From a virus (taxonomy: Duplodnaviria > Caudoviricetes): a stretch of DNA of 53,288 nucleotides. The position numbers and the translations under genes were made by a program. The stretch covers positions 1 through 53,288 of the IMG/VR virus record IMGVR_UViG_3300044499_000082; one strand, 5' to 3'. This document shows positions 46,064 through 53,288 of this stretch, in pieces (within the stretch, counting starts at the first letter, position 1; each line of letters opens with the position of its first letter). Below the pieces are notes generated by a model. It saw only the letters and a program-made list of their open reading frames with translations. It made no database searches and was not told where the DNA came from.

Positions 46064-46492
46064 TCAAATCGACTCTTCAATCCCATGGTCCCTCTTCACA
46101 TGCTTGTCGCGCCAACCGCGAAGCTTGAAGCTTTTTACGCAATTCTTGACCGGACAGAAAAATTCTTTTCCGCTCGCCGCCTTCCCGTGGGAAGCTTCCT
46201 TCGCCTTTTTTGATTTCGGGTGTCTAAAACGACTGTGGACGGCGAGTGCATAGCGATTTTTTTGAGGTTCACCGCAGCGCGGGCATTCGACGCGCTCACT
46301 CGGCCCGGGATCGTGAGATCTAGCTTGCGCTGACGCCGCCAGCGCCGCAGTGACAGCCCGGGGACCCCCAGGCGGTTCCGGATCTGCATTGCCGTCGCTT
46401 CGATTGAGGAAGTTCGTCGCCATCTTCAGCGCTTCGGCAATTGCGGTGTCATCCCCTTCGACGTTCACGGCTACGACTTGGATTTTGCCCAT
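46064..46492 (-). CDS. Protein with two C2H2 zinc fingers
   Basis: C-x2-C-x12-H-x4-H and C-x4-C-x3-F-x8-H-x4-H. Confidence 0.7.
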   Translation of the reverse strand: MGKIQVVAVNVEGDDTAIAEALKMATNFLNRSDGNADPEPPGGPRAVTAALAASAQARSHDPGPSERVECPRCGEPQKNRYALAVHSRFRHPKSKKAKEASHGKAASGKEFFCPVKNCVKSFKLRGWRDKHVKRDHGIEESI

Positions 46493-46508
46493 GATCTATT
46501 CCTTTCAA

Positions 46509-47870
46509 TCACCAGATTTTGATTCCGCTGTTTTTTGACGCCTTGTACGCCATGGCGCCGGCGACGATGGAATCCGGCGCATGGCCGCTCCCGTACAGAT
46601 CGTCGACGGTCGCATACTTGTGCTCGCCCTCCATGAAGGTGATGAACGGGGCTTCGATCTCGCCCTTCTCGATCGCCAGAATGTAATCGGTGAACAATGA
46701 ATCTCGATCCCTGCCGGTCATCACCACGCCCTCGGCGTCGCTCTTGATGTAATCGTCGATGACCGTCCCCAGGCCGGTCGCGTCATGGCAGGACGTTCCA
46801 CCGTAGCGATCCACCTGGTCGTCGAAATTCTTAATCATGAACGGCCACGGTCGCCGGCCGGTTCTGAGGAAGGCGACCACCCGATACGGAAAAACGTCGG
46901 TGCGCAGCGTGACGATGATGGTCCAGTCCACGTCGCGGGCCCAGTCCGCTCCGGTGGCATAGGTCGCGCCTTCCACCGGCGCTTCGATCTCGATGTACTG
47001 ATTGACTCCTCCTTCGAAGATCCCGAGCTGCTTGTCGAACATCGCCTCGACGGCTTCGGTCATGATCGCGCGGGATTCGTGCGACGGTTCGCCAAGCTCG
47101 TATTCGACGTCCCACTGGAGCTGGGTCGTTTCGTTCTTCTTGCGCGCTATCTCGTCCGGATCGAGCCACCCGTGCGGCCGCATGGTCTCCCGGTAGCACC
47201 ATTTGTAGACCGGCCAGCCTTTCTCGGCCGAGCGCTTGAGCACCTCGGTCATGGTGCCGATTGCGTTGTGATGCGTGGAGCTCGCCACGGTCTGGGCGCG
47301 GCAGCCCTCGATCGCCATCGTTTGCCCCATGGCGGCGTCGAAGATGTCCAATGCCATTTCGTCCACTTCGTCGAGCCGAAGCCGCGGGACGTGCGGACCG
47401 CGCACGCTGTTCTGGGAGGCGAGCAATGCTTGAATCGAATTCCCCCAGGAGAGATCGGTCTTCATCTTCTGGGGATCGGTTAGCAAAAGATTTTTCGGCG
47501 ACGACTTGCGCAACCAGAAGCGGTGCTGATAGTCGTGAACGCGCTTCGATTGCAGACCGCTCCCGCCCAGGATGTTGACATCGCCCTTCAGCGTCACTGC
47601 TTCGGTGAGTCCGAGCGTCGCCAGGAGAAACGACTTGCCGGCAAAGCCGCGGCTGCCATGCCACACCGCCATCGAATGGCGAGCGAAGTAGGCGTCGGCG
47701 AACGCGCGCCAGGGCGTCGTATGATCCGGGCAGACCTGGATCTCCGGGATCTTCACGCCCCAGGTCTTGCGGACAAAAAGCTTGAGCGTCGACTCCTTGC
47801 GAATCGGGAGATGAAAGTCGATCTGCTTCGGTTTTCGCGGTTGCGGTGGCGCAGTTTGTGAGGTGGCCAA
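46509..47870 (-). CDS. terL: Terminase large subunit
   Basis: SRGFAGKS Walker A, VRG...LRLDEVD Walker B, SST, GADWA...D.T, DATG.G, D...A nuclease motifs. Confidence 0.9.
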   Translation of the reverse strand: MATSQTAPPQPRKPKQIDFHLPIRKESTLKLFVRKTWGVKIPEIQVCPDHTTPWRAFADAYFARHSMAVWHGSRGFAGKSFLLATLGLTEAVTLKGDVNILGGSGLQSKRVHDYQHRFWLRKSSPKNLLLTDPQKMKTDLSWGNSIQALLASQNSVRGPHVPRLRLDEVDEMALDIFDAAMGQTMAIEGCRAQTVASSTHHNAIGTMTEVLKRSAEKGWPVYKWCYRETMRPHGWLDPDEIARKKNETTQLQWDVEYELGEPSHESRAIMTEAVEAMFDKQLGIFEGGVNQYIEIEAPVEGATYATGADWARDVDWTIIVTLRTDVFPYRVVAFLRTGRRPWPFMIKNFDDQVDRYGGTSCHDATGLGTVIDDYIKSDAEGVVMTGRDRDSLFTDYILAIEKGEIEAPFITFMEGEHKYATVDDLYGSGHAPDSIVAGAMAYKASKNSGIKIW

Positions 47871-47883
47871 TCACGAAATCCTC

Positions 47884-48147
47884 TTACTCAAGGCTGTTGA
47901 TGAACGCGCTCATTTTGTCCTGGGTGTCGAGCTTGCCTTGCATCCACAAGTTGAGGGCGTAATCAGGCCTCCAACAAAACATAAAAGGAAACGGATCAGG
48001 AAAGTTGACATCCTTCGTCTCCGGATGCTTGACGAGATCTGAGATCAACGAATCCAGCGCATGCTGCAGCTCGCCGCGATCGCAGCACTCGAGAGCGCGC
48101 TTCTTGGCCCAGGCGAGGTGCTCTTGGCGGGTCATTCGTTCATCCAT
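47884..48147 (-). CDS. Hypothetical phage protein
   Basis: TR.EHL.WAK.RALE...SDL.KHPET. Confidence 0.65.
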   Translation of the reverse strand: MDERMTRQEHLAWAKKRALECCDRGELQHALDSLISDLVKHPETKDVNFPDPFPFMFCWRPDYALNLWMQGKLDTQDKMSAFINSLE

Positions 48148-48314
48148 TGTTTTCTTCCTTCTTCGTCGAGGGGCTCAGTCTCGGCGAAACACGCATACTT
48201 CATCGCGTCGCCCTTCATATGGGCGATGCACGCTTTGTCGGCTTCCGTGAGTTCCACCATGATCGGTAACCCGGGCACGACGTCGTACCACCAATGGCCC
48301 ACCTTGACTCTCAT
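48132..48314 (-). CDS. Hypothetical protein
   Basis: GGAGG RBS, TGATG coupling; PIMVELT..DK..I. Confidence 0.55.
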   Translation of the reverse strand: MRVKVGHWWYDVVPGLPIMVELTEADKACIAHMKGDAMKYACFAETEPLDEEGRKQWMNE

Positions 48315-48739
48315 CAATCGTCCTCCTCTCCATCGTCGACAATCGAAATCACGTCTCGCACCGGGATCGGCTTCCCGTCCGGGCCGCTCAACTCGTGCTG
48401 TTGTTTGAAGCCGTAGCGATGAGCCTGCAGGAGAAATTTCATCAAGCCGTCGGAGATTCTTTTCGCGCGCTGCCATCCGGTGTATTCGAGAATATCGACG
48501 GCGTCCTCCATGGTGGCTTCCCACTCCTTCGCGAATTCCGGATTCTCTTCCTTCCAAAGGTACGCCGTCTTGCGCGTGATGCCGGCCTGGCGGCAGGAGA
48601 GGTAAACGTTTCCGGTCGTGCGCAGGGTGGCGAGGAACGCAGGGATCCACTCGCCGGCGTCTGCACGCGGTTCCTTCTCGCCGTTAGTCTGCGGTTCGAG
48701 CTTAAAATCCTTCCCTGTTTCTTTTTCCCTTTGAGCCAT
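48314..48739 (-). CDS. terS: Terminase small subunit
   Basis: FL..L..TGNV...C..AGI.R.T.Y.W....PEF...W; SD.L..FLL; ELSG.DG.PI. Confidence 0.85.
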   Translation of the reverse strand: MAQREKETGKDFKLEPQTNGEKEPRADAGEWIPAFLATLRTTGNVYLSCRQAGITRKTAYLWKEENPEFAKEWEATMEDAVDILEYTGWQRAKRISDGLMKFLLQAHRYGFKQQHELSGPDGKPIPVRDVISIVDDGEEDD

Positions 48740-48801
48740 ACTCTTCCTATATCAACTCCATACCCATATTTTCCGGGGGGTGTCACCTTTAGGAGAAGAA
48801 A

Positions 48802-48990
48802 TCATAGCAAGTTCCACAGCTTGGAGAGCGCGGACGTTGCCAGTCCTCCATTAACCGCTGTCATGACGATATGAGCTGAGCACCAGGCATAAAATCCGGC
48901 GTCCAGCGCATCCAATGCGATCACGAAAAAAACGATCGCAAAAGCAATATTCGTTGCGATCAACATGGCCGCCAGCAGCGGTTTAATCAT
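48802..48990 (-). CDS. Small two-TM membrane protein
   Basis: Hydrophobic 62 aa ORF. Confidence 0.45.
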   Translation of the reverse strand: MIKPLLAAMLIATNIAFAIVFFVIALDALDAGFYAWCSAHIVMTAVNGGLATSALSKLWNLL

Positions 48991-49186
48991 TGCGATTCAG
49001 CTCTCCGACCGAATGGCCGGACAGCCATGCCTCGCCAAGCTCAAAGTCCTCGTAGGGACAGTCCTCGGCCTGTTTACCAGCCTCTCCTGCGGCGAGACCG
49101 GAGTCGAAGGCGATGTGCTCGTCATCGGTATGGTCGCAGCCGCCCGGGCAGGCCTCCGGCGGCGAAGTTAGACTTTGCGAGTTCAT
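48983..49186 (-). CDS. Rmf/CrpP-fold-like small protein
   Basis: AF..G..AG..GK....CPY.......AWLSG. Confidence 0.55.
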   Translation of the reverse strand: MNSQSLTSPPEACPGGCDHTDDEHIAFDSGLAAGEAGKQAEDCPYEDFELGEAWLSGHSVGELNRND

Positions 49187-49449
49187 ATTCCTTGCGACTC
49201 CACTTTTTCATAATCCCAGTACCCGCCGGCCGGTCCTCCCTGCTTGAACGTGATCACACCGAGATCGCCAGCCTTTGCGTCGGGCAATCCTCGACGGACC
49301 AGGATGAACCCTTCGCTGGTCAGATCTTCTTTGCACGCGAGAATGTGGGTGTTGCCGCTGTTGGCAACCGGCTCGATGCTGATAACGGTGACTCTTTTTC
49401 GCGTGTCATAGGGCCAGGTGCGCCGGGGCAGATTCGCTAGACAGTTCAT
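49183..49449 (-). CDS. Hypothetical protein
   Basis: GAGG RBS; I.F..GGP.GGYW. Confidence 0.55.
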   Translation of the reverse strand: MNCLANLPRRTWPYDTRKRVTVISIEPVANSGNTHILACKEDLTSEGFILVRRGLPDAKAGDLGVITFKQGGPAGGYWDYEKVESQGI

Positions 49450-49601
49450 CACGTCCTCTTTTTCTCGGTGATCTTCGTAGTGATTCTTTCGATTTCGCGG
49501 TCGAAGGCGCGCCGGATCACCCACTCCCGCGTAAAGCAATGCCGGAGATCGTCCAGGCCCAGGTCGCGCGGCTCGGCCGGCACGCTAATGATGTTGCTCA
49601 T
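49449..49601 (-). CDS. 50-aa hypothetical protein (not in ORF track)
   Basis: GGAGG RBS; TGATG coupling to next gene. Confidence 0.5.
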   Translation of the reverse strand: MSNIISVPAEPRDLGLDDLRHCFTREWVIRRAFDREIERITTKITEKKRT

Positions 49602-49918
49602 TGCCTGCTTTCCTCCCTCAACTGAGGCGCAAAAAGACGCAACGATGCGAAGGCGTCCGGCCGCGAAGTTAGACTTTGCGAGCTGTCAAAATACGAGGTC
49701 ACTTCGTGCTCTTATCGCTCAATCGAGACATTCCGTCAATCCGTATGGTTTGCCGGTCATTTCGTATTTTGACGGAGAGGTCACCGTTTTGGGGGGCTCG
49801 GGCGGGATAAGATCAACTACTTACGAGCTTGCCCAAAAAGGAAGCAACGCCGCAAAATTTAGGGAGTTTCTCCTATGAAAAGTGCATGTCCGGGGGGCTG
49901 TGGATAAAGGATATAGAA

Positions 49919-49946
49919 ACGGGTTCAAATCCCGTCGGGGACGCCA
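49919..49946 (+). mobile_element. attP core = 3' end of tRNA-Glu (T-arm + acceptor strand + CCA)
   Basis: ACGGG-TTCAAAT-CCCGT CGGGGAC G CCA, with no tRNA 5' half; 57 bp from the integrase stop. Confidence 0.85.
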
Positions 49947-49986
49947 CAACCTCCCGGATTCCCGCCAGTTTTTTTCGACCCATTTT

Positions 49987-50010
49987 AAGGTCACCGTCAA
50001 GGTCACCGTC
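49987..50010 (+). repeat. Putative integrase arm-binding sites
   Basis: AAGGTCACCGTC x2; AGGTCACCGT also at 49778-49787 on the other side of the core. Confidence 0.7.
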
Positions 50011-51178
50011 GCCGTGTCCCCTTCTTGCTGATTTTGGTCGCTGCTTTGAGCCGCGCGATCATCGGCGCCATGCCGTCATGTCGTATGTATTTGGCGTAAT
50101 CTTTCTCGATCATCTCCAGCGACGTGCCGCAGTAATCAGCGACAAATTTCCCGCTGCAGCCCGCGCTCAACATCGCGGTGATGAACGTGTGCTTGGTGCA
50201 GTAAAATTTTCTCGGCCGGATCTTCAGCGCCGAAAGGACGCCATACCAATAGCGTTTGCGAATTTCGTTCGGATCGATCGGCCCGCCTTTGCTGTTGGTG
50301 AAGAAATATTCCTCGTCCGAGCCGTGCAGCCGCGCCGGCATCGCTGTCAACACGTCGAGCAAATTCGGCAACAGCTCTTTCGTGCGCGTGCTGCCGGGCG
50401 TCTTGGGTGCATTCTCTTCGCCCAGGTGGCGCGACCGGCGAATGGTGAACGTGCCGGAGGTCAGATCCACGTCGCCGAGTCGGAGCGCCGCGGCTTCCGA
50501 CGGCCGCGCGCCGGTCCAAAAAAGAAAATACATCGGCTCGTAGAGCCGCGGATAGCTCTTCCGAAACTTCTCGAGGATGCGATCGCGCTCCTCTTCGGTG
50601 AACGGATCGGGCGGCGGGACCAGGCGGTCCGGCCATTCGAGGACCTCGAAGGGATTGTTCGCCGGCGCGCCACCGGCCCAGACGCTGCGGTACATGGCCC
50701 TGAGCGAACCGTCGATGACGTTGCGGCAGGTTTTGACCTTGAGCTCTAGCTCATCGATCATCCACGTCCTGAACTTCACCAGGTGCTTGTATTGCAGGCT
50801 TTCGACGGGTGTGACCTCTTTGCCGAGCTTGGGCAGGATGTAAGCCTTGAAGTGCTGGCGATAGTCGCGCGCCTGGCTCTTGCGAACCAGCGGCGGTTTC
50901 TTGTCTTCCACCCAGTCGAGATAGAACGCTTCGAGGGACACGCTATTGGATGTCTTAGCATGTTCCGATCTCGTCGCGCGATTGCCTTCGGGAAACCATT
51001 TCGAGTAATCGAACGTGCCGTGCTCCACCTCGAAGTTCATCACCAGACATTTCTTCTCGTACTGGACGCGATTGTCGGGCGTGTCCTTCTCGCCGGTACC
51101 CTCCCAGTACTGCTCGCCGTCGATATCGCCGCGGATTGCGAGCGTGCCGTGGCGAGTTTTGGTCACTCGAAAAGCCAT
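50003..51178 (-). CDS. int: Tyrosine integrase
   Basis: TGARPSEAAAL, KT, Y..KHTF, VA...G.S..M....YA; N-terminal arm-binding region. Confidence 0.95.
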   Translation of the reverse strand: MAFRVTKTRHGTLAIRGDIDGEQYWEGTGEKDTPDNRVQYEKKCLVMNFEVEHGTFDYSKWFPEGNRATRSEHAKTSNSVSLEAFYLDWVEDKKPPLVRKSQARDYRQHFKAYILPKLGKEVTPVESLQYKHLVKFRTWMIDELELKVKTCRNVIDGSLRAMYRSVWAGGAPANNPFEVLEWPDRLVPPPDPFTEEERDRILEKFRKSYPRLYEPMYFLFWTGARPSEAAALRLGDVDLTSGTFTIRRSRHLGEENAPKTPGSTRTKELLPNLLDVLTAMPARLHGSDEEYFFTNSKGGPIDPNEIRKRYWYGVLSALKIRPRKFYCTKHTFITAMLSAGCSGKFVADYCGTSLEMIEKDYAKYIRHDGMAPMIARLKAATKISKKGTRRR

Positions 51179-51208
51179 GAGGTTCCTATACGGTGCGCGC
51201 CAAGATTG

Positions 51209-51484
51209 TCAACTCTGCCCGCGGCCGCTGCCGAGAATATAGCCACGGAACATGGGCAGCGGCGGGTCCATCGGAAGTAACAATTCCGCTGCTCGCGGGT
51301 CTTTGCCTTCCATCCAGGCGCTGAGCGCGGATTTCTTAAACCGCGTGCCCATGCCCGGCGGCCGGAAGTAGTGAACGCCCTTACGCAGGATGCGACGGGT
51401 CATCTTGTTGCGCAGCGTCTTCTTGTTCAACCGGAGATATTCGGCGGCTTCGTCCACGGTGAGCCAAACATCCTCCTCGGCCAT
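51209..51484 (-). CDS. xis: Excisionase (HTH_17)
   Basis: WLTVDEAAEYL.L...TL....RF....L..W; directly upstream of int. Confidence 0.85.
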   Translation of the reverse strand: MAEEDVWLTVDEAAEYLRLNKKTLRNKMTRRILRKGVHYFRPPGMGTRFKKSALSAWMEGKDPRAAELLLPMDPPLPMFRGYILGSGRGQS

Positions 51485-51490
51485 CTCTCA

Positions 51491-51766
51491 TCACCTCTTC
51501 AGCGAATCGGCCGTGGCGTCGGCGTGAATGATCCGGTGCCGATAGTCGCGACTGACATCGATCATCAATTCGTGGTAGGCCCTCGTATACGTGAGCACCT
51601 TCTTCGCCATCTCCACGTCGGCGCGCTTCAGGCTGTAATCCGGTTCGCCGGGAGGAGGAAGATTTTTCTCGGCGGCTTCGATCGCTGCCTCGAGATCTTC
51701 GATATCGAGTAGAATCGCCTGGCCGGCGAAGTCGAGAAGTTTTTTTACGGTCGATTCAGGCGTCAT
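51491..51766 (-). CDS. Hypothetical protein
   Basis: 91 aa ORF in operon. Confidence 0.55.
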   Translation of the reverse strand: MTPESTVKKLLDFAGQAILLDIEDLEAAIEAAEKNLPPPGEPDYSLKRADVEMAKKVLTYTRAYHELMIDVSRDYRHRIIHADATADSLKR

Positions 51767-52223
51767 CCCTTCCCTCGTCCTGGAGCGGCAGCCGGTCGAT
51801 TTTAATTTCCACGCGCGGAAAGGATTTCACATGCTCCATTTCGACGGCGCCGGTGACGTGCTTATCACCATAGGCGAACAGCGCGTCCTGAATTCCTTTC
51901 CTCACGTTCTCCGGATCCCCATGGCCTTCGCCGACAAAGAAACATTTCACGTCGAGCCGGTACCCACCGTCGGCGTCGCAGGGAAATCCCTGGCGGGCCT
52001 GCTCGGTGAAGCACTGCAGCACATAGAGCTTCCAGGCTTTGTAACGCAGCGCTCGGAGATCCTTTCTCTTGCTTCGCTGGGTCATGCGCTCATAGGGAAC
52101 GGCGTTGCCGTTCGGATCCTCATGATTGCCCTTGATCACGAATGAGACCGGATAGGCGTTCAGGTCCTGGAGCTGCGCCAGGCCTTTGACCTGGTTCGGT
52201 TGCCAGCGCCGGCCGTTACGCAT
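51756..52223 (-). CDS. RusA-like Holliday junction resolvase
   Basis: GD.EN..K.I.DAL....D..V...PRVEI.I. Confidence 0.7.
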   Translation of the reverse strand: MRNGRRWQPNQVKGLAQLQDLNAYPVSFVIKGNHEDPNGNAVPYERMTQRSKRKDLRALRYKAWKLYVLQCFTEQARQGFPCDADGGYRLDVKCFFVGEGHGDPENVRKGIQDALFAYGDKHVTGAVEMEHVKSFPRVEIKIDRLPLQDEGRDDA

Positions 52224-52443
52224 GGTCTCTCCTGGCAACGTAACGGTGGCGTGGCACCCCTTCCCTACCGTACTCAATGATCTTCTGCATCAACCAGGCA
52301 GCTTTGCAGGTAAACTTGCGCCGCGTGCCCTTTTCTCGAACCGAGATAAGGTCCGGCGGCTCGATCTCGATGATCATGCGCCGGCCATGATGATCCCAGC
52401 TCTCGGAGGTTTCCCGGATAACTTTTTTTCTCAGCGGGGTCAC
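52216..52443 (-). CDS. Hypothetical protein
   Basis: GTG start; I.VREKGTR motif. Confidence 0.5.
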   Translation of the reverse strand: MTPLRKKVIRETSESWDHHGRRMIIEIEPPDLISVREKGTRRKFTCKAAWLMQKIIEYGREGVPRHRYVARRDHA

Positions 52444-52677
52444 TTATACTTCCGTCGGCTTCACAGCGGTTCCCCTGGGCGCGGGCCCCATATCTTCGAA
52501 CCAGTGATACGGAAGGGCGTTGTACTCATCCACCAACATCGGGACAGGAGGCGTTTCATCATCGCTCATAAGGAAAACGAGTACGGTGCCACTCGCTCCG
52601 GTACCCATCGCATGGCTCACGAGAAACTCGCGGCCGTCCTTCACGTATTTTTTGCATTTCAATCGGAAGGCCATCAC
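52444..52677 (-). CDS. Hypothetical protein
   Basis: Coupled ORF with GGAG RBS. Confidence 0.5.
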   Translation of the reverse strand: MMAFRLKCKKYVKDGREFLVSHAMGTGASGTVLVFLMSDDETPPVPMLVDEYNALPYHWFEDMGPAPRGTAVKPTEV

Positions 52678-52979
52678 TCCACCTCCGGATGCTTGCTCAT
52701 ATCGTGCTTGTGCTCGGCCCCGAGACTTTCGATCGGCACACGCTTTTTGTCTTTGGCTGGGCCGGCGATCGCAAATTTAATCGGCCGGCCGAGACTCATG
52801 CAGTCGTCGCACAGCACAGCGGCGGCGCCGTCGCACGGCAAACCGCACTGCACGCAGCCCCAGCCCGAGCCAGGCACCGTCCCTTTCTGTTCGAGCATGA
52901 CGATGTTGCGGACGTTCAGATCGTCCCCTTCCCTACCGCATGAACAGCATGGGCCGAAGTCTACCGTTTCAAGTTCCAT
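52674..52979 (-). CDS. Cys-rich hypothetical protein
   Basis: CCSC...GWGCVQC...LCDDC. Confidence 0.6.
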   Translation of the reverse strand: MELETVDFGPCCSCGREGDDLNVRNIVMLEQKGTVPGSGWGCVQCGLPCDGAAAVLCDDCMSLGRPIKFAIAGPAKDKKRVPIESLGAEHKHDMSKHPEVE

Positions 52980-52990
52980 CGCCTCACCTT

Positions 52991-53239
52991 TCAATCTTTG
53001 AATCCCAGCAGCTTGTGATGAATGATCCGACGCGCGATCCGCTCCCACACAAAAAGACCGACAGCATAGAGCGCTGCGGCAGCGAGAGCGATGAGCAGCG
53101 GATTCCGGAGCCATAGAACCATTCCGATGACGCCGGCCAGCGAACCCACTACCAGGAAAAGAACCCGGGTCATCCGGCAAAGTTGGATCTCGCGCGCGGA
53201 CATAAAATATTCGGCTTTCACGGAACAGACTCCTTTCAC
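52991..53239 (-). CDS. Two-TM membrane protein
   Basis: Hydrophobic segments; start uncertain. Confidence 0.45.
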   Translation of the reverse strand: MKGVCSVKAEYFMSAREIQLCRMTRVLFLVVGSLAGVIGMVLWLRNPLLIALAAAALYAVGLFVWERIARRIIHHKLLGFKD

Positions 53240-53288
53240 TCGAAAAATAATATCGACGACGCCACGGAATGCCGGGGCTGCGGATACT

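Noticed and set aside
49919-49946. Complete tRNA gene
   Set aside because: Only the T-arm and 3' acceptor strand are present; interpreted as att core
1-53288. Complete circular genome
   Set aside because: No terminal overlap seen; joining the ends puts a stop right after HDYEGF, so some sequence is probably missing

Overview
The window is most of a temperate siphovirus-type (long non-contractile tail) phage genome, apparently in its non-integrated arrangement: an intact attP (3' end of a tRNA-Glu) has phage genes on both sides, and no host genes are visible. The two ends do not join cleanly, so a small piece is missing. Almost all genes are on the minus strand. Order: early/replication genes (metallopeptidase, ParB, replication initiator containing an iteron + DnaA-box origin, Sak4-like ATPase, HNH); Cro/CI switch; lysogenic accessory block (RHH-MazF toxin-antitoxin, XRE, DUF1640, DUF2130); small autoregulated HTH operon; ParB/glycosyltransferase pair; lysis genes; GTA-like tail (DUF2460, DUF2163, NlpC/P60, tail tip, DUF2793); tape measure; frameshifted tail chaperones; HK97 head; portal-MuF fusion; a 6.4 kb accessory insert (BglII-type nuclease + MT-A70 methylase, HNH/GIY-YIG nucleases, hydrolase, ASCH, C2H2 finger); terminases; attP; int; xis; RusA-like. 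Most unusual points: (i) the tail-tip gene is split into two intact ORFs separated by four other genes, (ii) a small HTH gene bracketed by twin 19-bp palindromic operators heads an operon of tiny ORFs (anti-defence-like), (iii) perfect DnaA boxes lie at both the origin and attP, and (iv) at least four families of short palindromic elements are inserted in or next to genes. Family calls come from recognising motifs by eye, with no database searches.
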